Assembly (NCBI GenBank): GCA_963813075.1
Contig: CAWEXU010000004.1
Location: 357,656-421,655 of the forward strand
Length of the DNA: 64,000 nt
Source of the DNA: Methanotrichaceae archaeon
GTDB lineage: Archaea > Halobacteriota > Methanosarcinia > Methanotrichales > Methanotrichaceae
Direction: 5' to 3'
Made by a program: the position numbers and the translations under genes. Shown here in pieces: positions 33,283 to 42,635 of the stretch (positions are counted from its first letter, which is position 1; each line of letters opens with the position of its first letter). Below the pieces are notes generated by a model. That model had not been told where the DNA came from and ran no database searches. It was given only the letters and a program-made list of their open reading frames with translations.

Positions 33283-34454
33283 AGTCCATCACCGTAGCCA
33301 GGTCCTTATCCCCTCTCCCTGAGACATTGATGATCACCAGATCGCCCAGTGACTCAGGCTCTCTTAAGGGCGAAGCCGATGGCATGAGCCGACTCCAGAG
33401 CGGGGATTATCCCCTCCAGTCGGGATAAGGCGCGGAATCCTTCCAGAGCGGTCCGGTCGTCCGCCAGCTTGGGGGTAACGCGCCCATTCTCTGCCAGGAA
33501 TGCCAGCTCCGGCCCCACTCCCGGATAGTCCAGGCCGGCGGCCACAGAGTAGGACTCCAGTATCTGGCCGTAGGGGTCCTGGAGGATCTTGGTGAGGGCA
33601 CCATGCAATATCCCGTCTGTGCCGTAGCCCAAAGAGGCGCCATTGTCCGCCATCCGGTCGTTCATCCCCGGTCCCCGCCCTCCGGCCTCCACTGCGATCA
33701 GCTTCACCTCGTCCTTCAGGAATGGAGCGAAGATGCCCATGGCATTGCTTCCCCCGCCCACGCAGGCCACGATGCTGTCCGGCAGACGGCCCTCCGCCTC
33801 CAGGATCTGCTTTCGGGCCTCCTGGCCGATCACGCTCTGAAAGTCCCTGACCATTGTGGGGAAGGGATGGGCACCGGCAGCAGTCCCCAGCAGGTAGTGA
33901 GTGTGCTCGAAGCTTGAGGCCCAGTCCCTCAGGGCCTCGTTTATGGCGTCCTTCAGGGTTCTGGAGCCGGAGCGGACCGGTATCACCTCCGCACCCATCA
34001 GCTCCATCCGGTAGACGTTCATCTTCTGCCTTTCGATGTCCACCTCTCCCATGTAAACCTGGGTCTCAAAGCCGAGCTTCGCTCCCACGATGGCCGTGGC
34101 CACGCCATGCTGGCCGGCTCCGGTCTCGGCGATCAGGCGGGTCTTGCCCATATTCTTTGCCACCAGAGCCTGGCCCAGGGTGTTGTTGAGCTTATGAGCC
34201 CCGCCATGCATCAGGTCCTCCCTTTTCAGATACACCCGGCAGCCCAGCCTCCGGCTGAGGTTGGGGGCGAGATAAAGGGCTGTGGGACGGCCGGCGAAGT
34301 GCTTTTGGAGAGCGTTCAGATCCTCCTGAAACTGGGGGCTCCTTTTAAGCCGATCATAGGCACAGGAGAGGTCGGCCAGGGGAGCCACCAGGGTCTCGGG
34401 GACGAAAAGACCGCCATACCTCCCGAACTTGACTGCGAAATTATCCATCATCAT
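33269..34454 (-). CDS. trpB: Tryptophan synthase beta chain; C-terminal frameshift
   Basis: [40 protein letters not shown] follows in a shifted frame. Confidence 0.95.
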
Positions 34455-34487
34455 ACTCCTCAATGAATCACCAGCCACCATAGTTTA

Positions 34488-34527
34488 ATGTACGAATTAA
34501 TACTATGATGTATAAAAAAGTACATCA
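34488..34527 (-). promoter_or_regulatory. trpBA promoter with inverted repeat TGATGTA-N8-TACATCA and a third ATGTAC half-site
   Basis: Arms at 34506-34512 and 34521-34527 enclose a TATA-like TTTTTATA on the minus strand; extra half-site at 34488-34493. Confidence 0.55.
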
Positions 34528-34549
34528 CAGCTCTTATTTAAGCTTTATC

Positions 34550-34759
34550 TCAGAGCAGGTCGGAGGGCACTTCGCCCGTCAGGCACTCGATCCTCTTCTG
34601 GGCGTTATCCAGCCGGAGGTTGCACAGCCGGACCAGTCTAATCCCTCGCTCATACAGCTCCAGGCTCCTCTCCAGGCTCATCTTTCCCCCCTCAAGCTCG
34701 GTGACTATCCTCTCCAGCTCCTCAAGAGCCTCTTCCAGTACCACTTCCTCCATGCTCAT
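34550..34759 (-). CDS. xseB: Exodeoxyribonuclease VII small subunit
   Basis: EEALEELERIVTELEGG..SLERSLELYERG. Confidence 0.92.
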   Translation of the reverse strand: MSMEEVVLEEALEELERIVTELEGGKMSLERSLELYERGIRLVRLCNLRLDNAQKRIECLTGEVPSDLL

Positions 34760-35964
34760 CCATCCAGCTCCTCATTCTCCTCGATCCATTCCAAAACCCG
34801 GCACCTCAGCCCACCCCGGCCCAAGATTAGCTCTACCTCTTCCCCGGGGTGGACATCATCCCAGGCCATGACCAGTCCCCTTTCTGAACGGACCAGGGCA
34901 TAGCCCCGCTGCAATGTGGCGCGCGGCCCCACCGCTGCCAGCCTGCCGCTGGCCAGATCCAGCCTGGACCTTCGATCCCTCAGCACCCCGGCCAGGGCCA
35001 GATCCAGATCGTCACTCCGGTGGTCCAGGCGCTGCCTGAGGTCCCCGGTTAAGGAGTACATCCTGGAAGCAGAGAGGCGGCGCTGAATATACTCCAGGCG
35101 CTCCTCCTTTCTTTCCAGGTCTGTCCACAGGGCGCGCACAATCCGAACCTTGCTCTGCTCCAGCCTGATCTTCAGCTCCGCCAAATCCGGAACTGCAATC
35201 TTCGCCGCCGCAGTGGGAGTCGCCGCCCGCACATCGGCAGCGAAGTCGGTGATGGTCACATCCGTCTCATGGCCCACGGCAGAGATCACCGGACTGTCGC
35301 AGGCGAAAACCGCTCTTGCCACCACCTCGGAGTTGAAGCACCACAGGTCCTCAGCAGAGCCACCGCCGCGACAGACTATGATCAGGTCGGTCCTGCCCTG
35401 CAGGGCAAAAAGAGCAGAGACGATGCTCTCCTCCGCCCCCTCTCCCTGAACCTGGGCGGGAGAGATTATGATCCTTGCCGGATAGGGGCCGATGGTGCGC
35501 AGGACGTCCCTTAGCGCTGCGCCCTGCAGGGAGGTGACAATGCCGATCCTCTCCGGATAAAGAGGAAGAGGGCGCTTCTGCTCCAGGTCGAAGAGACCCT
35601 CCTCCTCCAGCTTCTTTTTCAGGGCCTCAAACTGCAAAAACCGAAAACCAAGACCAGTGTCCCTCTTCACCGCCCTGGCCACCAGCTGCACCCTACCCTG
35701 TGGCCGGTAAACCGCCACATCCCCAAACAAAAGGACGTTCATGCCATTCTCGAGTGTGGTCTTCAGACGATCGGCCTGGCTCTTGAAGAGGACGCAGGAG
35801 ATCTGTGAATCCCGGTCCTTCAGAGTGAAGTACATATGGCCGGAGCGGTGATGGACGAAGTTGGATACCTCACCCTGTGCCCAGAGGTCATGCAGACGGG
35901 GATCGTTCTCCAGACGCTCCCGAATCCTCTCATTAAGATTGGTGACAGTGAATATCTGGGTCAA
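34756..35964 (-). CDS. xseA: Exodeoxyribonuclease VII large subunit
   Basis: SGHMYFTLKD, RGGGSAEDLWCFN, SAVGHETD, TPTAAA. Confidence 0.95.
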   Translation of the reverse strand: MTQIFTVTNLNERIRERLENDPRLHDLWAQGEVSNFVHHRSGHMYFTLKDRDSQISCVLFKSQADRLKTTLENGMNVLLFGDVAVYRPQGRVQLVARAVKRDTGLGFRFLQFEALKKKLEEEGLFDLEQKRPLPLYPERIGIVTSLQGAALRDVLRTIGPYPARIIISPAQVQGEGAEESIVSALFALQGRTDLIIVCRGGGSAEDLWCFNSEVVARAVFACDSPVISAVGHETDVTITDFAADVRAATPTAAAKIAVPDLAELKIRLEQSKVRIVRALWTDLERKEERLEYIQRRLSASRMYSLTGDLRQRLDHRSDDLDLALAGVLRDRRSRLDLASGRLAAVGPRATLQRGYALVRSERGLVMAWDDVHPGEEVELILGRGGLRCRVLEWIEENEELDG

Positions 35965-36083
35965 TGATTTTCTTATTAGAGTGGGGGATATTTAAGAGCA
36001 TTTCTCAATTAGTTAAAATTAGTTGGTTATAACGCAAGGAAACTTTATATGCCAGAATATCCCTGCTGCTCAGAGGTGATGCG

Positions 36084-36779
36084 ATGCACATAATGGAGGG
36101 CTTTCTTCCCCATCCCTGGTGGGAGGTCTGGATGGCGCTATCTTTGCCTGTGGTAGCCTTGGGCGTCTATAAGATGAATAAGATGATCAAAGAAAATCGG
36201 GAGATATTGCCTCTTCTCGCCGTCTGTGGCGCCTTCGTCTTCGTCCTCTCGTCCCTGAAGATGCCCTCCGTCACCGGGAGCTGCTCTCACCCCACGGGAA
36301 CGGGAATGGGAGCGATCCTCTTTGGACCGGGGATAACTGCAGTCCTATCGGCAATCGTGCTGATCTATCAGGCCCTGTTCCTCGCTCATGGCGGCCTGAC
36401 CACCCTGGGGGCCAATATCTTCTCCATGGGCATCGCCGGTCCCCTGATCGGATACCTGATCTACAGAATGGCCACGAGGCTTGGGCTGAATATGTACCTC
36501 TCCGTCTTCCTGGCGGCCATGCTCGCCGACTGGACCACATATGTGGTGACCGCAATGCAGCTGGCCCTGGCATTTCCCGCCGCCTCGGGGGGGATTGTGG
36601 CCTCCTTCCAGGCCTTCATGGCCATCTTCGCCATAACCCAGGTCCCCCTGGCAGTGGTGGAGGGAGCGGTGACGGCGCTGATGTTCAAGTACCTGGTCCG
36701 GCTCAGGGGTGACGTTTTGGTGAAGCTGAATGTGGCCAGTGCCTCCACCATTAAAGTGCTCCGGGAGGCCTCTTTATGA
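36084..36779 (+). CDS. cbiM: Cobalt ECF transporter S component
   Basis: N-terminal MHIMEGFLP; GSCSHPTG, AHGGLTTLGAN. Confidence 0.95.
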   Translation: MHIMEGFLPHPWWEVWMALSLPVVALGVYKMNKMIKENREILPLLAVCGAFVFVLSSLKMPSVTGSCSHPTGTGMGAILFGPGITAVLSAIVLIYQALFLAHGGLTTLGANIFSMGIAGPLIGYLIYRMATRLGLNMYLSVFLAAMLADWTTYVVTAMQLALAFPAASGGIVASFQAFMAIFAITQVPLAVVEGAVTALMFKYLVRLRGDVLVKLNVASASTIKVLREASL

Positions 36780-37099
36780 GGCTGGAATTCATAGTCCTGG
36801 CAATCGTTGCCCTATTCGCTGCCCTTTTCATCTACCAGAGCACCACCGGGGTGCATGAGTGGGCAGGAGCGGACGATCAATCGGAGAATGTCATCAGTGA
36901 ATTGACCGGCGGGGCCTATGAGCCCTGGTCCAGCCCTGTCTGGGAGCCGCCTAGCAGCGAGATCGAGAGCCTGCTCTTCGCCCTCCAGGCGGCCATAGGA
37001 AGCCTGGTCATCGGCTATTTCCTGGGCTACTACCGGGCGATGAGGAGGATGAGATCCGATCGGGCGGAAGGGGTTGGAGAATCAGGATCGGATGCATAA
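36776..37099 (+). CDS. cbiN: Cobalt ECF transporter accessory subunit
   Basis: WAGADD, WEPPSSEIESLLFALQAAIG. Confidence 0.92.
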   Translation: MRLEFIVLAIVALFAALFIYQSTTGVHEWAGADDQSENVISELTGGAYEPWSSPVWEPPSSEIESLLFALQAAIGSLVIGYFLGYYRAMRRMRSDRAEGVGESGSDA

Positions 37100-37875
37100 C
37101 CTCCTGGATGACTGGGCCCAGTGCAATGCCCTGAGAGGGACCAGCCCCAGGCTCAAGCTGTTCCTTGGCCTGGGAGCGATCATAGTCTGCGTATCATCGG
37201 TCACGCCGTATGCACCCTTATTCGTGGCCCTGAGCATGAGCCTCATCACCATCCTCCTGGCCAAAATCCCCCTTCGCATTTATTCACGGCTCCTTCTGAT
37301 CCCCCTCTCATTTGCCCTGCTCAGCTCAATGGTGGTGGCCCTGATGCATGGCTCGGGTGAGATGCTGTATGCCGTAGAGCCGTTTGGCCTGCGAGATTGG
37401 GATCAGAGAGGACGGGGCAAACCTCGCTCTGCTGCTCGTTGCTCGAACCCTGGGCGGCATGTGCTCGCTGTTCTTCATCGCTCTGACCACACCCATGATC
37501 GAGATATTCGCCGTCCTGAAGGCCCTCCGGATTCCCGAATCAGTGATCGAGCTCTCCATGATGATCTACCGGTACATCTTCGTATTTCTGGACCAGGCGG
37601 CAATGATCCACAGCGCTCAGTTGATGCGCCTGGGCGATGGGGGGGCCAGGAGTGCTCTGCGCTCCTTCTCCATGCTCGCCAGCGTCCTGTTCCTGCGATC
37701 CTGGGAACAGGGAGAGAGGCTGATCGTGGCCATGGACGCCCGCTGTTACGACGGCCGGCTCGATCTCATGGAAGAGAATGAGGGAGCAAAATGGATGGAG
37801 ATCATGAGTGTTATTGCCTATTTGGCCCTGGTGGTGGCGATCAGCCTTCTGACAAGCAAACTGGAGATTCTATGA
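37092..37875 (+). CDS. cbiQ: Cobalt ECF transporter T component; frameshift near 37390
   Basis: LTTPM, MIYRYIFV, AMDARCYDG; position in the cbi operon. Confidence 0.9.
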
Positions 37876-37882
37876 GGAAGAA

Positions 37883-39106
37883 ATGACAGCGATCCTGGAG
37901 ATAATAGAGGTGGACTACTCCTATGCCGATGGCACCCAGGCCCTTGGCAAAGTCAGCCTCACAATCGAGGAGGGAAAGAAGATCGCCCTGGTGGGGCCCA
38001 ACGGGGCGGGAAAATCAACCCTCATGCTACTGTTCAATGGAATCTTAAGGCCAGCCTTGGGCCAGGTTTTATTCCGGGGAGAGAGGCTGAAATATGACTC
38101 CAGATCCTTGCGAGAGGTGAGGCGACGGGTGGGCATGGTCTTCCAGAACTCCGATGATCAGCTCTTTGCCCCCACCGTCTATCAGGATGTGGCCTTCGGG
38201 CCGGTGAACCTGGGATTTCCTCCGGATCGGGTGAAAAAGTATGTCGGCTATGCCCTGCAGTACGTCGGCCTCTCGGGATACGAGCGCCGTCCCCCTCACC
38301 ACCTCAGCGGCGGGGAGAAGAAAAGGGCGGCCATTGCGGGAATACTGGCCATGGAGCCGGAGGTGATGATCCTGGATGAGCCCACCTCCAACCTCGACCC
38401 CGCCTCCTCTGAGGAGATCATGGAGATGCTCGATGAGCTGAACCTGGGGGGAAAGACATTGATCATCTCCACCCATGATGTGGATCTGGCCTATCGCTGG
38501 GCGGACGAGGTGGTCTTGATGAAGGACGGCGGGATCCTTCGCCTGGGGTCTGGAGAGGAGGTGTTCGGCGATTTGGAGCTGATCCGGGAGGCCAGGCTTA
38601 AGCCGCCAATGGTGGTGGACCTCTATCAGGAGCTGATCAATAGAAGGCTTATTGACGGCCGCAAGCCTCCAAAGAGCATTCTTGAGCTGTGCGATATCCT
38701 GGAGGGGAGCGAGAGGAGGATTTCTGCCCCCGGAGCCAGGAGGGGGACGATCTACATCTGCAATGCCGATGAGCTTGTGCCAGAGAAGGCAGTAGAGCTG
38801 GTCGGGAAGGTGGGTGCGGATTATACCGGAGCCATGGGCACCAGCGCCAAGCTGATGGTTGAAAAGGCCGAAATCCCGGTGGACTTCACCTATGGGGTGA
38901 TAGACAAATGCATCTTAAAAGCGCTCACAGGCAAAAGCTGCCTGGTCCTGACCTCTCAGGGCATGCTCGGCCACGTCCAGAAGAGAATAGAGGCCTATTC
39001 CGAGGAATCAGGAGCACAGATCAATTCCGTCGACCTGTCCACACGCAGCAATGGGCGCTCCCTGCCGAAAGCTATCGATTTTGCCGGGAGCAAAAGCCTT
39101 AAGTAA
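37883..39106 (+). CDS. cbiO: Cobalt ECF transporter ATPase with C-terminal extension
   Basis: GPNGAGKS, LSGGEKKR, LDEPT, STHD. Confidence 0.92.
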   Translation: MTAILEIIEVDYSYADGTQALGKVSLTIEEGKKIALVGPNGAGKSTLMLLFNGILRPALGQVLFRGERLKYDSRSLREVRRRVGMVFQNSDDQLFAPTVYQDVAFGPVNLGFPPDRVKKYVGYALQYVGLSGYERRPPHHLSGGEKKRAAIAGILAMEPEVMILDEPTSNLDPASSEEIMEMLDELNLGGKTLIISTHDVDLAYRWADEVVLMKDGGILRLGSGEEVFGDLELIREARLKPPMVVDLYQELINRRLIDGRKPPKSILELCDILEGSERRISAPGARRGTIYICNADELVPEKAVELVGKVGADYTGAMGTSAKLMVEKAEIPVDFTYGVIDKCILKALTGKSCLVLTSQGMLGHVQKRIEAYSEESGAQINSVDLSTRSNGRSLPKAIDFAGSKSLK

Positions 39107-39375
39107 AATTAAGTTACTTAAAGGAAAGTGTATTGGAATAGTGTGGGAATGATCAGTCTGCTATTCCGTGCGTCCATTCAGCACCAAGGCGGAGCATCTG
39201 GGCAGGTGACTCCGCTCTGGATTCTCCCGATCTAGAGCTATGTTAAATTTATAATAATAGCTAGAGCGGGTAGGGGAGTGGGGGTTAGTAAAAAAGATGA
39301 GTGTACCCGCTCATGCCCAACGAACCTTTTGATGGTATAAATACTTTCCTAGAAATAATTTATAAATGTTCTCAT

Positions 39376-40137
39376 TTAGGAGACCTTCTGCCTGGCGATC
39401 TTGGCCGCATATGCTCCTGCCACAAAGCCTGCATCCACATTCACCACCGTCAGGACGGAGCAGGACTGGAGCATGGAATAAAGAGCGGCCAGTCCTCCGC
39501 CGCCGATGCCATACCCGGTGGATACTGGAAGGCCGATCACCGGGGCGTCCACCAATCCCGCTACCACCGCGGGCAGGGTGCCCTCCCTTCCCGCTGCCAC
39601 CACAAATGCATCGGCATCTGTCATCCTCTCCAGACAGGGAAAGAGGCGGTGAATGCCTGCCACCCCCACATCATAATCAGAAAGGACCTGGCAGCCCATC
39701 TCTTCTGCGACCACCTTCGCCTCCTCGGCAACGGGGATGTCCGCCGTTCCTGCCGCCAGGATGCCCACTATGCCCGCCGGCGCCGGTCGATCAGCGGAGC
39801 GGATGACCACCGTCCTGGCGCGGGGGTTATGCTCAAAGACGCTCCTGGGGGGGAGCTTTGCCGACCTCAATACCACCAGCTGCTCGGAGGATACCCGGGT
39901 GATGATCACGCTCCCCGTCTCCTCCAGGTGAGCAAGGGATATGGCCAGAAGATCCGATTTATCCTTTCCCTCGGCGAGAATCGCCTCCGGTATGCCAATG
40001 CGATTCTCTCGGCAAATATCCAGCTTTGCCACCTCGCCCACAGTCCGGTAATCCCTGATCCGGATCTGCTTTAAGGCCTCATCCAGGGATAGCTCCCCCC
40101 GGCCATACCTTTCCAGGATCTCTCGGTTGCTTTCCAT
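39376..40137 (-). CDS. larB: Nickel-pincer cofactor biosynthesis protein LarB (PurE-like)
   Basis: AGTADIPVAEEA, DVGVAGIHRL, PVIGLPVSTGYG, VVNVDAGF. Confidence 0.88.
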   Translation of the reverse strand: MESNREILERYGRGELSLDEALKQIRIRDYRTVGEVAKLDICRENRIGIPEAILAEGKDKSDLLAISLAHLEETGSVIITRVSSEQLVVLRSAKLPPRSVFEHNPRARTVVIRSADRPAPAGIVGILAAGTADIPVAEEAKVVAEEMGCQVLSDYDVGVAGIHRLFPCLERMTDADAFVVAAGREGTLPAVVAGLVDAPVIGLPVSTGYGIGGGGLAALYSMLQSCSVLTVVNVDAGFVAGAYAAKIARQKVS

Positions 40138-40217
40138 TTCCAGATCTGGAGGTAGAGCTATGAGCATAAAGGGTTTATCCCTCTCCGCCCAGACCTGCTG
40201 GCAGGAGTTCATAGAAG

Positions 40218-41435
40218 ATGCTAGTCAACCTCGATCTGCACATCCACTCCCGCTACTCAATGGCTGTATCCCAGGATATGGGCCTGGAGCAGATCGCTTC
40301 GGGCGCGGCGCATAAAGGGGTGAAGATAGTGGGCACGGGGGACTGTCTCCACCCTCTGTGGCTTGAATCCATCAAAAAGCTGCCGGAGGAGGACGGCCTG
40401 CGCCGGTTGGGGGATACACTCTTTCTCTTGAGCGTGGAGGTGGAGGACGCAAAGAGGGTCCATCACCTCATACTCCTGCCGGAGATCTCCAAGGCAGAGG
40501 AGCTGGCAGAGGGATTTCTCCCTTATTCGAATAATCTGCAAGAGGACGGCAGGCCCCGGCTGCATTTGAGCGGGGCCCAGATCGCCGACCTGGCTTTAGA
40601 GGCCGGGGGCCTGGTCGGTCCCGCCCATGCCTTCACCCCCTGGACGGGGATGTATGCTTACTTTCGCTCCCTTAGGGAGTGCTACCAGGAGAAGGCGGAA
40701 CAGATCGGCTTCATTGAGCTTGGCCTGAGCGCGGACAGCGATTATGCGGACCGCATTTCAGAGCTGTCGGACAGGACATTTCTCTCCAACTCCGATGCCC
40801 ATTCCCCCCGCACCAATAAATTGGCCCGTGAGTTCAATCAGATGGAGGTGGAGGGGTGCAGCTTCCAGGAGGTCGCCCTGGCCATAAGACGGGAGAAGGG
40901 CAGAAGACCGAGGCTTAATGCCGGCTTTTTCCCGGGAGAGGGAAAGTACAATCGCACCGCCTGCACCCGCTGCTTTCACCAGTACAGCGCAAAAGAGATG
41001 AACGATCTCTTAGGACGCTGCCCCCAGTGCCGGGGCCAGATCAAGCTGGGAGTGGCCGACCGGATCGATCTATTGGCCGACTGTGATCTGCCCAGGCATC
41101 CCTCTCATCGACCCCCTTACCTGCACCTAATTCCCCTGGGGGAGATCATCGCCCTCGCCCTGGGACATAAAAGCCCGATGACCGCAGGAGTGCAGAGGCT
41201 GTACAATTCCATAACCGGGCATAAGACGGAGATTGAGGTTCTGCTGGATGAGGACCTCACTGGGCCGGATTATGCAGAGGCGGAGCCGAAGGTGATCGGG
41301 GCGATTGAGGCCTTCCGCCTGGGCCTGGTGGAGGTTATTGCGGGCGGTGGAGGAAGATACGGCCAGATCCATCTTCCCCTTCAGAACGAGGCCGTCAAAG
41401 CCAAAGAGATGCAAAGGTCTCTTTTTGATTTTTAA
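40218..41435 (+). CDS. Endonuclease Q family (PHP domain plus Zn finger, TIGR00375-like)
   Basis: DLHIHSRYS, GTGDCLHP, PAHAFTPW, ELGLSAD, SNSDAHS, CTRC...CPQC. Confidence 0.88.
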   Translation: MLVNLDLHIHSRYSMAVSQDMGLEQIASGAAHKGVKIVGTGDCLHPLWLESIKKLPEEDGLRRLGDTLFLLSVEVEDAKRVHHLILLPEISKAEELAEGFLPYSNNLQEDGRPRLHLSGAQIADLALEAGGLVGPAHAFTPWTGMYAYFRSLRECYQEKAEQIGFIELGLSADSDYADRISELSDRTFLSNSDAHSPRTNKLAREFNQMEVEGCSFQEVALAIRREKGRRPRLNAGFFPGEGKYNRTACTRCFHQYSAKEMNDLLGRCPQCRGQIKLGVADRIDLLADCDLPRHPSHRPPYLHLIPLGEIIALALGHKSPMTAGVQRLYNSITGHKTEIEVLLDEDLTGPDYAEAEPKVIGAIEAFRLGLVEVIAGGGGRYGQIHLPLQNEAVKAKEMQRSLFDF

Positions 41436-41691
41436 GTTTTAAAATAATTTAAACTGATAAATGGGCTCTGAATGTAAAATTAGATCGTTAGATCAGCATC
41501 CAGCAAGCGGATCAGATCGAGGGAACATCCAAACGACAGGGCTATATAAGATATCGAGATATAAAGCGTTGTTGTGATTTGAGATGGATTGATTATGGAT
41601 GCGCCATCTGGACGATATCCGCCTCTCCATGCTCATATCGATGCTGATTCAGCAGAGGGACCTTCAGAGGAATGCCAGGGAGGCATCAATT

Positions 41692-42585
41692 ATGAGGTTA
41701 TACATAAATCAGTTTAAGAAGGTCATAATTGGATTGTTGCTCATATCGGCTCTCTTATCCGCCGCTCAGGCAGAGAAGATAACTATTTCAGTTGGCACTA
41801 ACACCACCACCTGGTCGGTCAGCCGGGAGAGCGAGAGCCTCAAGTTCAATTACACCCAGTATGTCGAGGGCAGCATATCTCCCGTGGATTTCAGGGGCAG
41901 GTCCATTTCCCCCTACCACTCCAGCTACGAGGAGATAGACGTCAATGACGTCCGCCTGCGTGACAGAACCTCCGCCCTGATGGGCAGCTATGCCTCCGAG
42001 AAGCATTTAACCCTTAAAGCAGATACGAATGAATCCAGTGTGCTTGATTTTACCCATGAGGGCGGGATATACAATTTTGTGTTCACCGAGCAGTGGCCCG
42101 CTATTCTCAAGTCCAGCCGGTCCATAAGGTACTCCGGCCAGGAGATAAACAGCCGGGAGTATGCCGGGAACAACCTTGATTATGCCGGCTCCAGTCTGCT
42201 CTACAATAAAGAGTTCAGCAAGGATTCGTACATTGGTATGCAGATCACCAGGATGAACGCCACTGTGCTCGCCACTGACGATGCCATTTTATATGCAGAA
42301 TTGATGCCCGAAAAAGAGACCCGTTATGATATCATCACCAATACCACCGGCATCGCCGACCTGAAATACCGCTTCGTCAACCTTACGGCTGAGCAAAAGA
42401 AGCTCACCTATCCGCTGGCAAGCGAGGGAGAGGAGAGGTACTACGGAGCCTTCAATATCAACCGAAGCCTGCGGATGAAGTCAGACTTCCCCTGGTATGA
42501 GCCGGAGGTTGACTGGCTGCCATGCTGCTCAGCAGGGATCTGCGAGATCGGCCTTCCAGGGCAAAAGTGCATCTCCTTGCCCTGA
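41692..42585 (+). CDS. Secreted hypothetical protein with a Cys-containing tail
   Basis: GGAGG RBS, signal KKVIIGLLLISALLSAAQA, many N-x-S/T sequons, WLPCC tail. Confidence 0.7.
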   Translation: MRLYINQFKKVIIGLLLISALLSAAQAEKITISVGTNTTTWSVSRESESLKFNYTQYVEGSISPVDFRGRSISPYHSSYEEIDVNDVRLRDRTSALMGSYASEKHLTLKADTNESSVLDFTHEGGIYNFVFTEQWPAILKSSRSIRYSGQEINSREYAGNNLDYAGSSLLYNKEFSKDSYIGMQITRMNATVLATDDAILYAELMPEKETRYDIITNTTGIADLKYRFVNLTAEQKKLTYPLASEGEERYYGAFNINRSLRMKSDFPWYEPEVDWLPCCSAGICEIGLPGQKCISLP

Positions 42586-42635
42586 TATGCAGATTATATT
42601 CTGCAGACTATATAATCGATATCGCAGATCAGCTA

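Noticed and set aside
35965..36083. Cobalamin riboswitch upstream of cbiMNQO
   Set aside because: The gap is only about 120 bp, AT-rich, and lacks a B12 box; only a short AATTAGTT direct repeat is present
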